A stretch of DNA of 63,363 nt, the filler included, from Octopus bimaculoides (lineage: Eukaryota): assembly GCF_001194135.2 (NCBI RefSeq). It is 6 parts of 5 records of this genome, joined end to end, with 100 filler letters (N's around TTAATTAATTAA, not from the genome) between each part and the next. Parts side by side here need not be neighbours in the genome. Positions count along the whole stretch, not along the records: positions 28,846 to 46,567 come from NC_068983.1; positions 46,668 to 50,514 come from NW_026382204.1; positions 50,615 to 59,496 come from NC_068983.1; 3 more parts are not named here. The stretch is one strand, 5' to 3'. The position numbers and the translations under genes were made by a program. The notes below the pieces were generated by a model. It saw only the letters and a list, made by a program, of their open reading frames with translations, was not told the origin of the DNA and did no database searches. This document shows, piece after piece, positions 38,245 through 51,306 of the stretch (within the stretch, counting starts at the first letter, position 1; each line of letters begins with the position of its first letter).

Positions 38245-40260
38245 TTGTGAACAGGAAACAACACTGTGTGACTCTGTATTGCCAATATAAATAAAATTTG
38301 CTTTTTATATAGCAAATATCATACATATTATTTCATGAATTTTTTGATTTTCGTATGATATTGACGAAGCGATAAACTTGTCCGATCTGACCGCAGTTGG
38401 CATTAGTTTTCATTATTATTGGAGATTTAAGAGACGACCTGGTACGGTATTTGTTTTACAACGGGGAACATACTTCTGCCTGGTGTAAACTGAGTTTTTG
38501 GACATTACATAGCGCCATAATACAGACGGCAAACCTAGCAAAGATAGAGATAAACAAGAACTTATAACAATCTGGAACAGAGCTTTCAAAGTTTTTTTTA
38601 AGTTAAATATTGTCTGTTCAATAAGTAATGATTGGCAGTTTACGCAATAATGAGTAATTTTCTGCAGCTCCAACTTCTCTTAAATATTTTTCTGAATCTA
38701 AAAGTAATTTATTTATCATCGTTAGTTTCCTTAGAGACCAAAACATCAGATGATTACATAAAATATCAACAACTATGAGAACTCTCAGAATGAGCTTCAC
38801 TGAAGCCAATCTGACAGAGAATGAATAAAAATATTACATCAGATGTAAATAATTTTCTTGTCACTTTCGATATAAAACACTATTTTAAATTAGAACATAT
38901 ATGGCCAATACTGAATAGATTAATTAATTAATTTAATCTATTGTAAATAACGTAATTAAGTATAATTTATTAGGTATTTTGCCAAATCTACACCAGAATG
39001 AGATTCATACTTGATGTCTATAAATTACTTACAATCATCATTATGAAGATTGTAAGCTTCCTAAAGAGCTTCTAGTTTTAGCTACAGCGACGTTGAGTGA
39101 TGAGCAGCAATTTTTAAATGGCAGTCGAATTCACAATTCTGTTTGTAGATTTCTTCAAATTTAAAATTACTTTAGAAAATGATGAAGTATATATTGTTGC
39201 GCAGAAATAATTAAAATGCTTAATGAGCAGCATAGAAAATAAAGTAAAGACATATTGCCGTTTCAAGATGTTGCGCTATTTATACGACTCGAGACATCAT
39301 AGATCCCTGGAAAATATCTTTGAAATAGGAAAGTGACATTCAGTCGTTGTTATTAACCTCAATTAGAATAACAACCACATGAATCATTGCCAATTTATTT
39401 TCTGGAACTAAATCACACTATATTCACAAATGATAAAGCTAAATATCTGTAGTACCAATGTAATAAGACACAACATGTTTCCAATATTATAGAATAAGAT
39501 ATCGTTCCATGTCGATATTCTGTCATGAATTTCAGTAAATTGTTCATTACCTAGCACCATTCGCACCAATAACAACACATGATTAATTGTTCGGCATGAT
39601 GCATTACGGTTATCATAGTTTAGTATCTATTTATGGGCATTCAGCTTTGTCGCTGTCCATGTTAGCGCCAATGTAATTACATTCAAGGTTTACGCATTCA
39701 CTTGGATGTAATTCTAGATGTTCGATAAACTATACATTATCTTCCCTGAGACAAAATTATCAATTCTTCTGCAAATAATTTGATGGAATAGACAAAGTAA
39801 AGCAGGAAATTTAACACGTATTAATCTTTTGCTATTCATTGAACACCACTGTTTTTAATCATTTCTTGTGTTACCTGAGCTCAGTTAAATAATAATAATT
39901 TAATGGTTATTAATCATTTCTGATATTTGGCTCCCTACACTAAACGCTTTAGTGTCTTTTATTTTCTTTTACTTTCCTTTTTTTCATTGAGATAAAATAC
40001 ATTTTGTAGACGACAAAAATATAATTGTTCAATAGCAAATATTATTAAGAATGAGAGAGAGGGGGAAAAACATGCTAACAGTGAATTATCACTGATTTAA
40101 TGCATAATGAAACCAAATTTGAAGAGAACCGACCTATAACACGGAGTTATAAATATAGTCAACTGATTGTCGCTCTATGTTTTCAGATTGGTTTTAGCAA
40201 ATAAAAAAAGGCAGAAAAACTACTATAATTTAGTTTCTAAACTCTTCCAAGCAATTTAGC

Positions 40261-40303
<43 letters not shown>

Positions 40304-40304
40304 T

Positions 40305-40502
40305 GCAGAAGCGTTAGCACGCCGGGCGAAATGTTTAGCGGCATGTTGTGTGTCTCTATGTTTTGAGTTCAAATTCCGCTAAGGTTGACTTTGCCTTTCA
40401 TTCTTTCAGAGTCGATTAAATAAGTACCAGTTATGCACTGGATCGATGTAATCGATTTAATCCTTCCCCCGAATTTGAGGCCTTGTGCTCCCAGTAGAAA
40501 GA
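40305..40502 (+). mobile_element. SINE family B, tail type 1, between (TTA)n tracts
   Basis: B-box gagttcaaattcc, tail ggccttgtgctcccagtagaaag. Confidence 0.85.
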
Positions 40503-40522
40503 TTATTATTATTATTATTATT

Positions 40523-40838
40523 CAGTAGTTTTATTTTTATAACGTGCTTTCACTTCACTACCGAGCGCAGCTCTGTGCGCCTTGGGTATGTGCTGTGGTT
40601 TGCTGTGGTGCTCTTATGTTTACTGTATTGAAAGTGTTTTGCGTAGAATATGTGCAGTAACCAGTAGTGCAATTTTCTGTATGTTATATATATTTGTAAG
40701 TCCTGGTGTTTTTGTTATGTATTTGTCTGAGTATTTTTTTATTATACCTAAGGCACCTACTATGATTGGAATTGTTTCTGTTTTTAGATTCCACATTCGA
40801 GTTATCTCTATTTCCAGGTCTTTGTATTTTGAAAGTTT
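40523..40838 (-). mobile_element. R4/Dong-clade non-LTR retrotransposon 3' end (REL endonuclease C-terminus, 3' UTR, (TAA)n)
   Basis: Open 72-aa frame 40620-40838: KLSKYKDLEIEITRMWNLKTETIPIIVGALGIIKK...QKIALLVTAHILRKTLSIQ*; KxxKYxxL motif of restriction-like endonuclease LINEs. Confidence 0.85.
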
Positions 40839-41207
40839 NNNNNNNNNNNNNNNNNNNNNNNNNNNNNNNNNNNNNNNNNNNNNNNNNNNNNNNNNNNNNN
40901 NNNNNNNNNNNNNNNNNNNNNNNNNNNNNNNNNNNNNNNNNNNNNNNNNNNNNNNNNNNNNNNNNNNNNNNNNNNNNNNNNNNNNNNNNNNNNNNNNNNN
41001 NNNNNNNNNNNNNNNNNNNNNNNNNNNNNNNNNNNNNNNNNNNNNNNNNNNNNNNNNNNNNNNNNNNNNNNNNNNNNNNNNNNNNNNNNNNNNNNNNNNN
41101 NNNNNNNNNNNNNNNNNNNNNNNNNNNNNNNNNNNNNNNNNNNNNNNNNNNNNNNNNNNNNNNNNNNNNNNNNNNNNNNNNNNNNNNNNNNNNNNNNNNN
41201 NNNNNNN

Positions 41208-41309
<102 letters not shown>

Positions 41310-41312
41310 TTT

Positions 41313-41414
41313 GCCGAATCATTAGCACTTCGGGCGAAATGTTTAGCCACATGTTGTGCGTCTTTATGTTTTGTGTTCAAATTCCGCTAAGGTTGATTTT
41401 ACCTTTCATCCTTT
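41313..41414 (+). mobile_element. SINE family B, 5' half
   Basis: Shares private variants with 40305-40502. Confidence 0.8.
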
Positions 41415-41423
41415 ATGCCACCA

Positions 41424-41800
41424 CAGTAACACTGGAGTAAAATACATGAAGCCCAGCATACTTATCATGACTACCCGTCTGGTAAGGGTACACCAGGGTA
41501 CACAACCACATGTGCGCGACATGGTGACATCATATCAAGATTAACAGTGCATGACATTGCAGGTGGGGCCCAGTTAGAATGTTTTTCATGTCGAGTAGCT
41601 ATCCTGCTTAAAAGCTCCCTGAATAAGGTTTGTTTAAGGATATTGAACGAAACAGCCATGTTTCCAGAGGTGAATTATTCAAATCCCAAAGAATTCTTCT
41701 CAACACATGGCCATGATGTTTCCCCACTACTTCTATTCGTGATCAGAGATGCACATATCGTCAGCCACAAGGAAACATGCTCATCTGATTAAGGTTGATG
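41424..41800 (+). repeat. Unclassified dispersed repeat (longer copy of 14257-14394)
   Basis: First 130 bp align with 14257-14394; no recognisable ORF. Confidence 0.65.
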
Positions 41801-41801
41801 C

Positions 41802-42142
41802 AGATGTGGCACAGCGGAGACATTTACTCATTTCTAAGGTTGACCCTCCAGTGTGTGGCCAAAGCTTGGTTTTTCGCTGCCAGCATAGTGCTCTTTTTCT
41901 AGGGTTCCTTTCATCAGTCAATCCCACCTATTTTTTCCAGCAACCTTGTTGTGACTACATGGATTTGATTGTGTAATCCCTTCTTGCTTAAGTCTGCTTC
42001 ATGTCCTTTTTGTACTTCTTTTCTTTTCCCTTTTTTCTCTGCCTTCAATACTCCTTCGTTCCTAACTATCACTAACAAGGTTTCCTTACATTGGTCTAGG
42101 TATCTCATTAAACTCTCGAGCTCCATACGCACACAGTCTTCC
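41802..42142 (-). pseudogene. Decayed R4/Dong-type ORF fragment leading into the zinc knuckle
   Basis: With frameshifts: KKGLHNQ...RWD*LMKGTLEKE..TMLAAKNQALATHWR..MSPLCHIC, matching the post-RT LH..AAQxQALxT..CxxC region of this clade. Confidence 0.7.
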
Positions 42143-42508
42143 GTAAAATGTAAATAATGTAAATAATGTACGTAATTTCTCATCTCTTAAATATAGAACA
42201 GACTAGATAATATTTAGCAGCGGATCTACTTAAAGAACTTATAAATGGTGCTTAGGAAACGCATCGTCACAGACATAACAGCAGCGAGAATTCTGATGAC
42301 TAATCCGTCAACACAGAGTAGAGGCATGTATCGCAAGACACGAAGAAATGAAAGTCTTTCGATTGGCCCGAGCATCAGAGGCACAAGGTGGCTACATAGC
42401 AGCAATGTGGTCTTTGGTAAGCATTGATAAGCCTACCACACGTTCGCAATATATTTCTTGCGATTTTCAGAAGTACTTGTATATTAGAAATGGAAGCTTT
42501 AAAATAAT

Positions 42509-42720
42509 CTTTTCTACTCTAGGCACAAGGCTCGAAATTTTGGGGGAGGGAGCCAGTCGATTATATCGACCCCAGTCCGTAACTGGTACTTAATTCATCA
42601 ACCTCGAAAGGGTGAAAGGCAAATTCGACCTCGGCGGAATTTGAACTGAGAACGTAAAGACAGACGAAATAACACTAAATATTTCGCCCGGCGTGCTAAC
42701 GTTTCTGCCAACTCGCCGCC
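42509..42720 (-). mobile_element. SINE family B, tail type 1, with 11-bp TSD
   Basis: TSD tttaaaataat at 42498-42508 and 42721-42731. Confidence 0.92.
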
Positions 42721-43841
42721 TTTAAAATAATACAATATAAAGGCATACGCTCATTTCAAGTTCGACTTTTCTGATTATTGACATCGATTATTCATGCCAT
42801 GAGCTCCATTAAATCCACCACCAGAGTCAAAAATTAAAATAATTCTACACTCCCAAGACATGACTACCAAAGATAAGAAAGGATTATGAGTAAACAAAAT
42901 ATCTACTCGTCCTTTAGCATGGGCGATCAGTACTCCGAAGAAACCAACGATGTCGTTTGCTTCTACGTGGCACGCAAAATGTAAACCTAATTTCCTGGAA
43001 AACTAGGAGGTCTTTATCGAAACGATGGACTTTTATATATAAATAATGTCAACCCAAATGTAATTGATGGTTTCAGTACAAATTCACCACAACTCGTTTA
43101 ATGGCTTTTGCTTCCAATTAAACGTCGACGTTCGTCTCTTAAAAAAAAGGAAATAGATCGTTTCAACCATGAACCTCATTAATTCCATTTATTATCCGTT
43201 TGTTACAGTATAAGTACTAAATCCGTAAATGATATCCATAGATACTGTAACCACCCTACCTTACGGAGTTATACTAATTTTCATTTACGCGTATGAGTTA
43301 ATTCACTAGCATGCTGAAACACTAAGCCTAGTGGCTCATACACGCAGACTTGTATTCGAAGTATGCATACTTATAAGTGTATATCTATATATATATATAT
43401 ATATATATNNNNNNNNNNNNNNNNNNNNNNNNNNNNNNNNNNNNNNNNNNNNNNNNNNNNNNNNNNNNNNNNNNNNNNNNNNNNNNNNNNNNNNNNNNNN
43501 NNNNNNNNNNNNNNNNNNNNNNNNNNNNNNNNNNNNNNNNNNNNNNNNNNNNNNNNNNNNNNNNNNNNNNNNNNNNNNNNNNNNNNNNNNNNNNNNNNNN
43601 NNNNNNNNNNNNNNNNNNNNNNNNNNNNNNNNNNNNNNNNNNNNNNNNNNNNNNNNNNNNNNNNNNNNNNNNNNNNNNNNNNNNNNNNNNNNNNNNNNNN
43701 NNNNNNNNNNNNNNNNNNNNNNNNNNNNNNNNNNNNNNNNNNNNNNNNNNNNNNNNNNNNNNNNNNNNNNNNNNNNNNNNNNNNNNNNNNNNNNNNNNNN
43801 NNNNNNNNNNNNNNNNNNNNNNNNNNNNNNNNNNNNNNNNN

Positions 43842-43875
<34 letters not shown>

Positions 43876-45703
43876 CGTATACATATATATACTCGTATGT
43901 ATGTGTGTGAGCGCGAGTATGTCTACGTACAAACGTTTATATATACATACACATGTATGTATGCGTGCGTGCTTATGTGCGCGTGTTTAAAAAAAACATT
44001 TTCGAAATATTTCACAAAGAACCCTTTCATCGTGGTTTGCAATGAAAGATAATTACACTTTATACCGGAATGTCTTTGCGTTACATAAAGAATCGTAGTG
44101 AAATGAAATCCTCTCTAAATGTTATTCAATGCTCAAAGTTTATATCATAGATTTTTACCTCAAATCATGTATCATTATTTTTTCCTTACTTATTATAAAT
44201 TGCTTGGCATCCTTGTTATTATTCAAAATGTGTGGGGATGGTATTGCACTCGCAAAGAAAAGCTTCGATTCACAATCAATGACACCTCACTGAAGTTGAT
44301 AATCCTTTTATATAATATACAATAGTTCATACGTTCTTTTATATATCACATGATCTATTTATTTCTAGAAATAACGAATGTTCCGTTATTGTTGTTAATT
44401 GTGCCTTAGCTTATGTATCAGGTATATCGGAAAATAAACGTGAAAGTGAGTGTGTAAATAGATAGACTGATGTATGTATGTATGCGCAAGTGAGTGTATG
44501 TGTGCGCAAGTGAGTGTATGTGTGTGTGTGTCATTTCGTTTAGGCAATATGATACTAATGTCCTGGGGTTAGAACTCAATATACATATGCTTCAGACCAA
44601 AGAGTCAATCTAGTACTGATGAACAATCTAGTATAGATGAACAACGGAAGAGACGAGCTCTCTACACGTTCCTTAAATGTTATATTAACGTTCATTGAAT
44701 TTTCTCTTGGAGTCGGATTGATTAAAATTTCTCACTCATTTTCAAGCATCGGATCAATCGGGGTGTTTTATAAGCATAAAATTGGCCGAAATACCATAAA
44801 ACGACACACTACAATAGTCACGTGAGATATTTTTTGTTTATTTGGTTCACAGTGCCTTCCAATTTCCACCAGGGTTTCATTTCGTCAGTCGATATGCGTG
44901 TATGTGTATATGTTTGTATGCATGTATGTATGTATGTATGTATATATGTCACTGTTCCATTTTATTTCAAGATGTCTTGCCAATAGAGAAAGAGCTAGTT
45001 TCTAACATAGATCCAAGTTTCCTTCATTCGAATTTCAACATCAACAACAGGGTATTTTTGTTTGTTTGTTTGTGTGTATGTATGTATATGTGCGGATTTG
45101 TCTGTTTTACTTTATATATGTATTCTCATGTATATAGTTGCATATCGAGACATGCTCATATATATTTAAATGCTAAATTTCTGGAAAGTTTTACAGATTC
45201 TTATAGTTCCAGTGATGGATTGGATCTGCTGTCTTCCAATTAGCTTTCTCCTTTCTGGATTTAAGAAGCCTAATTTCTCAAGATTAATATTTAGGTAGTG
45301 TGTTACATATCCCATGGCTCCAATAATTACAAGTATAAACCTAAACTTGTAATATGGATAGAGCAACTGCAAAAATTTCTCAAAAGTTCAACGTAGGTAT
45401 TCTCTTTTTCACTGATCTTATGTATGTATGTATGTATCTGTGTATGTATGTATGTGTGTATGTATGTATGTATGTATGTATGTATTTGTGTGCGCATGTG
45501 TGTTTGTGTGTTTAAAGAAAACAGGCATCCAGTGAATCGGCATATATTTTGTTTATTAGTAACGTTTAATACTCGTTAAGTTCCCGGTGTCTTCGAGAAA
45601 CTATTCAATTGTTTTTTTTGTTTTTTGTTTTTTTCGTCTTTGATTTGAGTTTTGGTGGAAGAAAATGACATTAGAAGATTGAGTTTGGAAACTGCGCCTG
45701 TGG

Positions 45704-45721
45704 GAGGAGGAGGAGGAGGAG

Positions 45722-45815
<94 letters not shown>

Positions 45816-45840
45816 AAGAAGAAGAAGAAGAAGAAGAAGA
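45704..45840. repeat. Compound (GGA)-(AAT)-(AAG) microsatellite
   Basis: Directly visible. Confidence 0.97.
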
Positions 45841-46289
45841 ACGGTTTAGACCACCGACATCAGAACCCGATGCTCTCTTGAAGGACTGGAGCTGTCTTAA
45901 TCTCTGGATTCTGGTTTGCAGGTTGGAATAGATACCCGGCGTCTGCGATGAGAGGAATTGGTGGGATTCTGCTTTACTTTGTATTGTGCCCGTAAAATTG
46001 ACAGTTTAGCTTCAGTACCTCGTACAATTCGTGTGCGTTATTCGTCTGAGCCTTGGCTTAAACATTACGATGGGAAAATTTTATCTGTTACATACATGGC
46101 TCAGTGAATAAGAAATTCTTCCAGCAATCACCTGGTTTTGTGTTTTGATCCTACTTAGCAGCATTATCGGCAAGTCTCTTCTACAATGACTGATAATTTT
46201 TGAGTGTGAGTTCATTAGACGGAACATTTCATCAAAGCATCTCATATATACATACATGTTTGAGATGAGGGAGTGGGGGGAGGGCAACC

Positions 46290-46530
46290 AAGTTGCATGG
46301 CCTATTGGTTAAGGTATTCTACTCACAATCACAAGTTTGTGGTTTCGATTCCCAGATCAGCGCTGCTTTGTGTTCTTGAGCAAAACACTTCATTTCACGC
46401 TCTTTCAGTCCAAACAGCTGTAAAACAGTAACTCTGCAACGGAGTGGCGTTCAGTTGAGGGGGAATATTGGTGGTGGTGTCATGATCCGAAAACTAAAAC
46501 AATGCGAGGAAGTAATATTGTGACCAGCGG
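46290..46530 (+). mobile_element. CORE-type tRNA SINE with a different 3' tail
   Basis: tggcctattggttaag A-box, ggtttcgattccc B-box, ttgagcaaaacacttcatttcac CORE-like segment. Confidence 0.65.
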
Positions 46531-46667
46531 TGTATATATGTACGTTTGTGTATTTCTTCGTCTATATNNNNNNNNNNNNNNNNNNNNNNNNNNNNNNNNN
46601 NNNNNNNNNNNTTAATTAATTAANNNNNNNNNNNNNNNNNNNNNNNNNNNNNNNNNNNNNNNNNNNN

Positions 46668-46714
46668 TTACTACCTACTCCTTTTCTACATACTGAGCAG
46701 GGCCATCTACCTGA
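46668..46714 (-). pseudogene. Short LINE ORF fragment (probably RTE-type)
   Basis: Translates SGRWPCSVCRKGVGS, resembling the Cys-rich post-RT segment of invertebrate LINEs. Confidence 0.55.
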
Positions 46715-46909
46715 ACAAGAAATTTTAACTTAGTTTAAAACTGGAAGTTTGTACTCTAGAATCAAGGATAGCCTTAGGCATGTTGGTATCAAAATGGATA
46801 AAGTAGTGTGTCATAATTTCAAGAACACTATTTTTGCACTATACATAGAATTTTAAAATTAAAACAACAATGAAGCAAACAGGTATGTATCATCATTATC
46901 ATCATTTAA

Positions 46910-47128
46910 CCCTTTAGCATTTAAACTGGCCATATCCAGCCTAATATTCTCCCTGTTTTATGTTTAAACCAGCTAGATCTGGCCTCTCATACCTACCCGA
47001 CAATATCATTCTAAAAGTATACAATCACATAATCATATTCTCAAAGCTACTAGATAATGCATGATTAATACAAAACAATGTGAATAAATAAGCATTACAT
47101 TCGAAAGAATAATTTGAATGCTAACAGG
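46910..47128. mobile_element. piggyBac-like MITE with TTAA TSD
   Basis: TTAA at 46906-46909 and 47129-47132; 16-bp TIR ccctttagcatttaaa with 3 mismatches. Confidence 0.8.
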
Positions 47129-47612
47129 TTAAAGTCCATGATCCATGCTGGCATGTACATGGTAATAAACATGGCAGCCAAACCTCACTGAAAGCCAAAG
47201 TTGAATTGCTAAGACATGTATTAATACAGATAGGATGGTGGTTGTTATGTATAGGAATCTAACCAAGCAATATCCTTCAAACACTAAACATGGCAGCACA
47301 AATTATTCAGAGAATGAAAGCTATTCAAAACTGTAGATTCTATTATCTACAGTAAAATAAATCTCTATAACAGAAAAAGACTACAACCTCTTAACTTTTG
47401 ATTGTTACAACCAAACTATCAGTTAATTTAATCAAGCCTTTTGTTTTTCAGACACGTCTTTTACATGGGCCTATTTCACAGATTCAAAGTCTATTAAATC
47501 ATCTGAATTTTAATAGCAAAGAATTTACAATTTTTAATCAGTTTTTAAACATAAATAGATACTGAAACCAAAATACTAAAATATAATTGCTATTTTAATA
47601 TTTGTAAATAGC

Positions 47613-47815
47613 GATAGGCAAGGGTATGTGGTTAAGAAGTTCACTTTGCAACCATACTGTTTCAGGTTCAGTCTTGATGAGCAGCACTTTGGTAAGCGTT
47701 TTCTACCACAGCAGAAGGCCGACAAATGTTTNNNNNNNNNNAGCACTTTGGTAAGCGTTTTCTACCACAGCAGAAGGCCGACAAATGTTTTGTGAGTGAA
47801 TTTCATAGTCAAAAT
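47613..47815 (+). mobile_element. SINE family C, decayed
   Basis: gtggttaagaagttcactttgcaacc...caggttcagtc...gcactttggtaagcgttttctac. Confidence 0.6.
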
Positions 47816-48442
47816 GAAGTGTCAGCACATGAACAAAACCGTAATGTTGTTGGCATTACTTGTTGACATTATAAACAGTTGTTCTCCACTTCCGAAATGT
47901 GGAATAAAAACTCCCTTACTTGATAAAAGGAGAGAACATCTGGCCATAAAATTCTGCTTCAAATAACTCCCTGCCTAACCTTTGCTAGAATGATAAAACA
48001 GATGTTAAACAAATGAACAAAGGATCATTAAATTTTATTTATGTATAAGAGGGCAAAGTAAACAGTTGTGATACACTTTCCTCAAATGAAATAATAACAG
48101 CTGAGAAAAACAAGCCACATATTCATCAAGAACTTATTGTCCCATCCACTACAGTGCCACAACAAATAAATGGCAGATGGAATTAATATATCAGCTAGAT
48201 TTTCATCCAAGATCCTCAAATAAATATCAAATATTTGCCTAAAGATATTTAACTAAAAATGAACATTTAATTTTCAGATGTGGAATTTTTAACACTTATT
48301 AATAGTTATTCTACCAATTCTAAAAGTTTAGTATGGTAATTATGTAATAAAATGTAATAAAATGCTGAATCACACAGAAATACAGAGTTAAAAGCCTGCT
48401 AGTTAAGAACAAAGGTTAATACATGCCTTCTTTTTTCTCTTT

Positions 48443-48666
48443 TTAACTATTGTTACCATATTTCTGTTGCAATACATTGTTTCTGTTCCAATTCATTTTG
48501 AAAATAGCAAAGAATTTAGTAAAACAACAATGTCATTATTAAGCTGGTGTTTGGAACATAAATTACCATGAAATTTTGGTGGAAGGCTCCAATTTAGAAC
48601 CACTTCAAACAGTTGAGAATGTACAACCACGAGCAGTTTCAGGCAATCTGGTATCAAAAGAGTTAA
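48443..48666. mobile_element. TTAA-flanked MITE, inverted relative to 50276-50495
   Basis: Ends ttaactattgttacca / tggtatcaaaagagttaa; body is the reverse complement of 50276-50495. Confidence 0.75.
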
Positions 48667-49525
48667 ACACTAAAATTTCATACATGATTAGTTCAAAATT
48701 TCAACTATCATAAAATACTGTAATGAAAAGGGACAAAATATTTTTTACATGAACACCTGGGCTATAACAAAATCAGACTACCATGTAAGCATACAAGAAT
48801 ATGCTATCAACAAATTTTGGTATGTCTGTGAGTCTAACACTCCGACTTAGTCTGCCAGTTAAAGAAAGGTTTGTATACTCAAAAAGGGGATCCCCAAAGA
48901 GCATTAATATCAATTGTTAATAAAGTTCTGTTGACCTATGAGCAGTTAGAATAAAGACTGATGCAGGGGGAAAGTGTTGTGGTAGAGAGTGAAGAGAATT
49001 CTTTAGCTCCTTCTCAGACTGCACAAACAGTGAATCAATAGAAAATGACACTTTCTAAACACCCAGCTGTGTAGAGGAAAAAAAGGAATGAAGGGAAATA
49101 AAGCAGAGAAGGAACCACCTTTAGGTTTGCCAGAGAAAAAAAAACAAACCTTTCTGGTGCCAGTGGACAATAGACTAGAGAAAATATAAGATAGAGAAGA
49201 CCGTTTATTTAGTTTTGCTAGGAACAAAACCTCTCTAGTACCAGTGTTATAAAATACACCCACTTTCTTTCGTTGGTGAAAAGAAGCATATCCAGTTGTA
49301 GAAACCAAAACAAAATTGGGAAGTATACACAAGGAACTGTTAAGAACTGACTCAAACCATAACAACCTGTTCAGTTTATGGCAGCATGGAAAGTAGACAG
49401 ATGATGATGATGATGATGATATTGTTTTATTTAACTGAAAGTGAAGAATTTTTAGTCGTGATATACAAGATTAGCCTTTTGATGACAATTTTTCACATTT
49501 AAATTACAGAATTCTTTAATTAGTT

Positions 49526-49720
49526 CATCATCATCATCATCATCATTTAACACTCATTTTTCATACTGGTATAGAGTGGACATTTCAACAGGATCTGACA
49601 TGTCAGAAGACTGTGTTGAGCTCCAATGTCTGTTTTGGCATAGCTTCTACAGCTGGACACTCTTCCTAGAGCTAACCATTTTACAGTGTGCTGAGTGCTT
49701 TTTTCATGGCAGTCAGAATA
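49526..49720 (-). mobile_element. LINE-type 3' tail ending in (GAT)n (probably RTE-related)
   Basis: Related pieces at 47905-48012, 49330-49421, 50095-50243 share gggcatc..gctgtagaa...catggaaa...gatgatg. Confidence 0.55.
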
Positions 49721-50275
49721 AAAATAGTATAGGAAACACTTCTTGTGCTCTTTCAACTTTTTCAAATGGTTGTTAGCTTTAAGCTAACATTTTACACACA
49801 GAATAACTAGTCTTGAAATTTACAGAAACTTTGAAGTGTTATAGATTTTTCTTTCCATTACAACACTTTTGATACATGCGAACAAATTTAAACCAAAACA
49901 TCTATGCAAATTTCTCAGATAGTGTCTAAATAATCAATATTTTTTTTTACCTACAAATTAAATTTTATTTACATTTCATTTAGTATCAAACTAGATATTA
50001 TTTAGACACGTCTGTTTAGAGTTTAACACTAAATAAAATTCTAATGATTCAGATCCATACTTAGAAAAAAAATAGTTAATCACAGTACACTTTGCAAAAT
50101 GATTGGCATGAGAAAGGGCATCTGGCTGTAGAAATAATGCCAAAACTAGGACAGTGGAGCAAGTAATGGTTATCTGACCCAATAGATCCAGTCAAAACAT
50201 CTAACAGATGCTATCATGGAAAGCAAATGTAAAATGATGGTGGTTTAATTTTGAAGAAATGAAAAAAAAGTACCT

Positions 50276-50495
50276 TCAACATTTTGATACCAACCCACCA
50301 AAGACCACCTAGTTTTTTAAACAAATTACCTGTTTTAAAGTGATCTAAATTAAAATTTTCTGTCAAAATTTCATGTTAATTCATTTCCAAAACACCATCT
50401 TAAAGACAAAATTATTTTACCAAATTCTTCATTATTTTCAAAATTAATTGAAACAAAGGCAATGTATTTCAGGAATATGGTAACAAAAGAGTTAA
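50276..50495. mobile_element. TTAA-type MITE, same family as 48443-48666
   Basis: Ends cattttgatacca / tggtaacaaaagagttaa. Confidence 0.75.
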
Positions 50496-50614
50496 CAATT
50501 AACTTTAAAAAAAANNNNNNNNNNNNNNNNNNNNNNNNNNNNNNNNNNNNNNNNNNNNTTAATTAATTAANNNNNNNNNNNNNNNNNNNNNNNNNNNNNN
50601 NNNNNNNNNNNNNN

Positions 50615-50656
<42 letters not shown>

Positions 50657-51259
50657 TGCATACATAGACATACGCACATACATATATAGATGTATATATA
50701 TGTGTGTGTTATGTGATATGTGTTTTTGCGTATTTATATATGTATGTAACTGCATATTATTTGATAAAAGGCGACCAAATTAAATCTCGTGCAGACAGTA
50801 CTCGATCGTTTTTGACTCATCTATAATCAATACGCTGTTATATATTTCGACTAAATATAGTGTCTTTAAAACCTGGTTCTTTTAAAAGCATTCAACTTTC
50901 TAGACGACAGATATCTTAAGAAATTTACTGATTAACCTTGTCAACATGTACTTTAAGGAGTATATTTAACCAGCTCATGGCATACGCTTTCAAGAAATTT
51001 ATCAGTAATCTTCATTGATAAAACCATCTAATAATACCTCCAAAATATTCTAAATCATTGTTCATGCATTCAGATATTTGATTATATGTAATACCGGTTT
51101 GCCGCAACTAAATTCGATGTGACAAAGATAATTTATAAATTCTCTTCAGCTCAAAACAATCTTGATTTGTTTAGAGCCTCATTAGGTATTTATATCTATC
51201 AGCTCGTAGGAGCAGGGACACACCTACTTATGTGTACGCACAGGAACAGACACAGACAT

Positions 51260-51306
<47 letters not shown>

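Noticed and set aside
45897-46037. RIVRGTEA resembling a serine-protease activation site (minus strand)
   Set aside because: Stop codon immediately upstream, no acceptor, and following residues do not match trypsin-family motifs
47683-47790. Exact 49-bp direct repeat
   Set aside because: Straddles a 10-N gap; unmerged contig overlap
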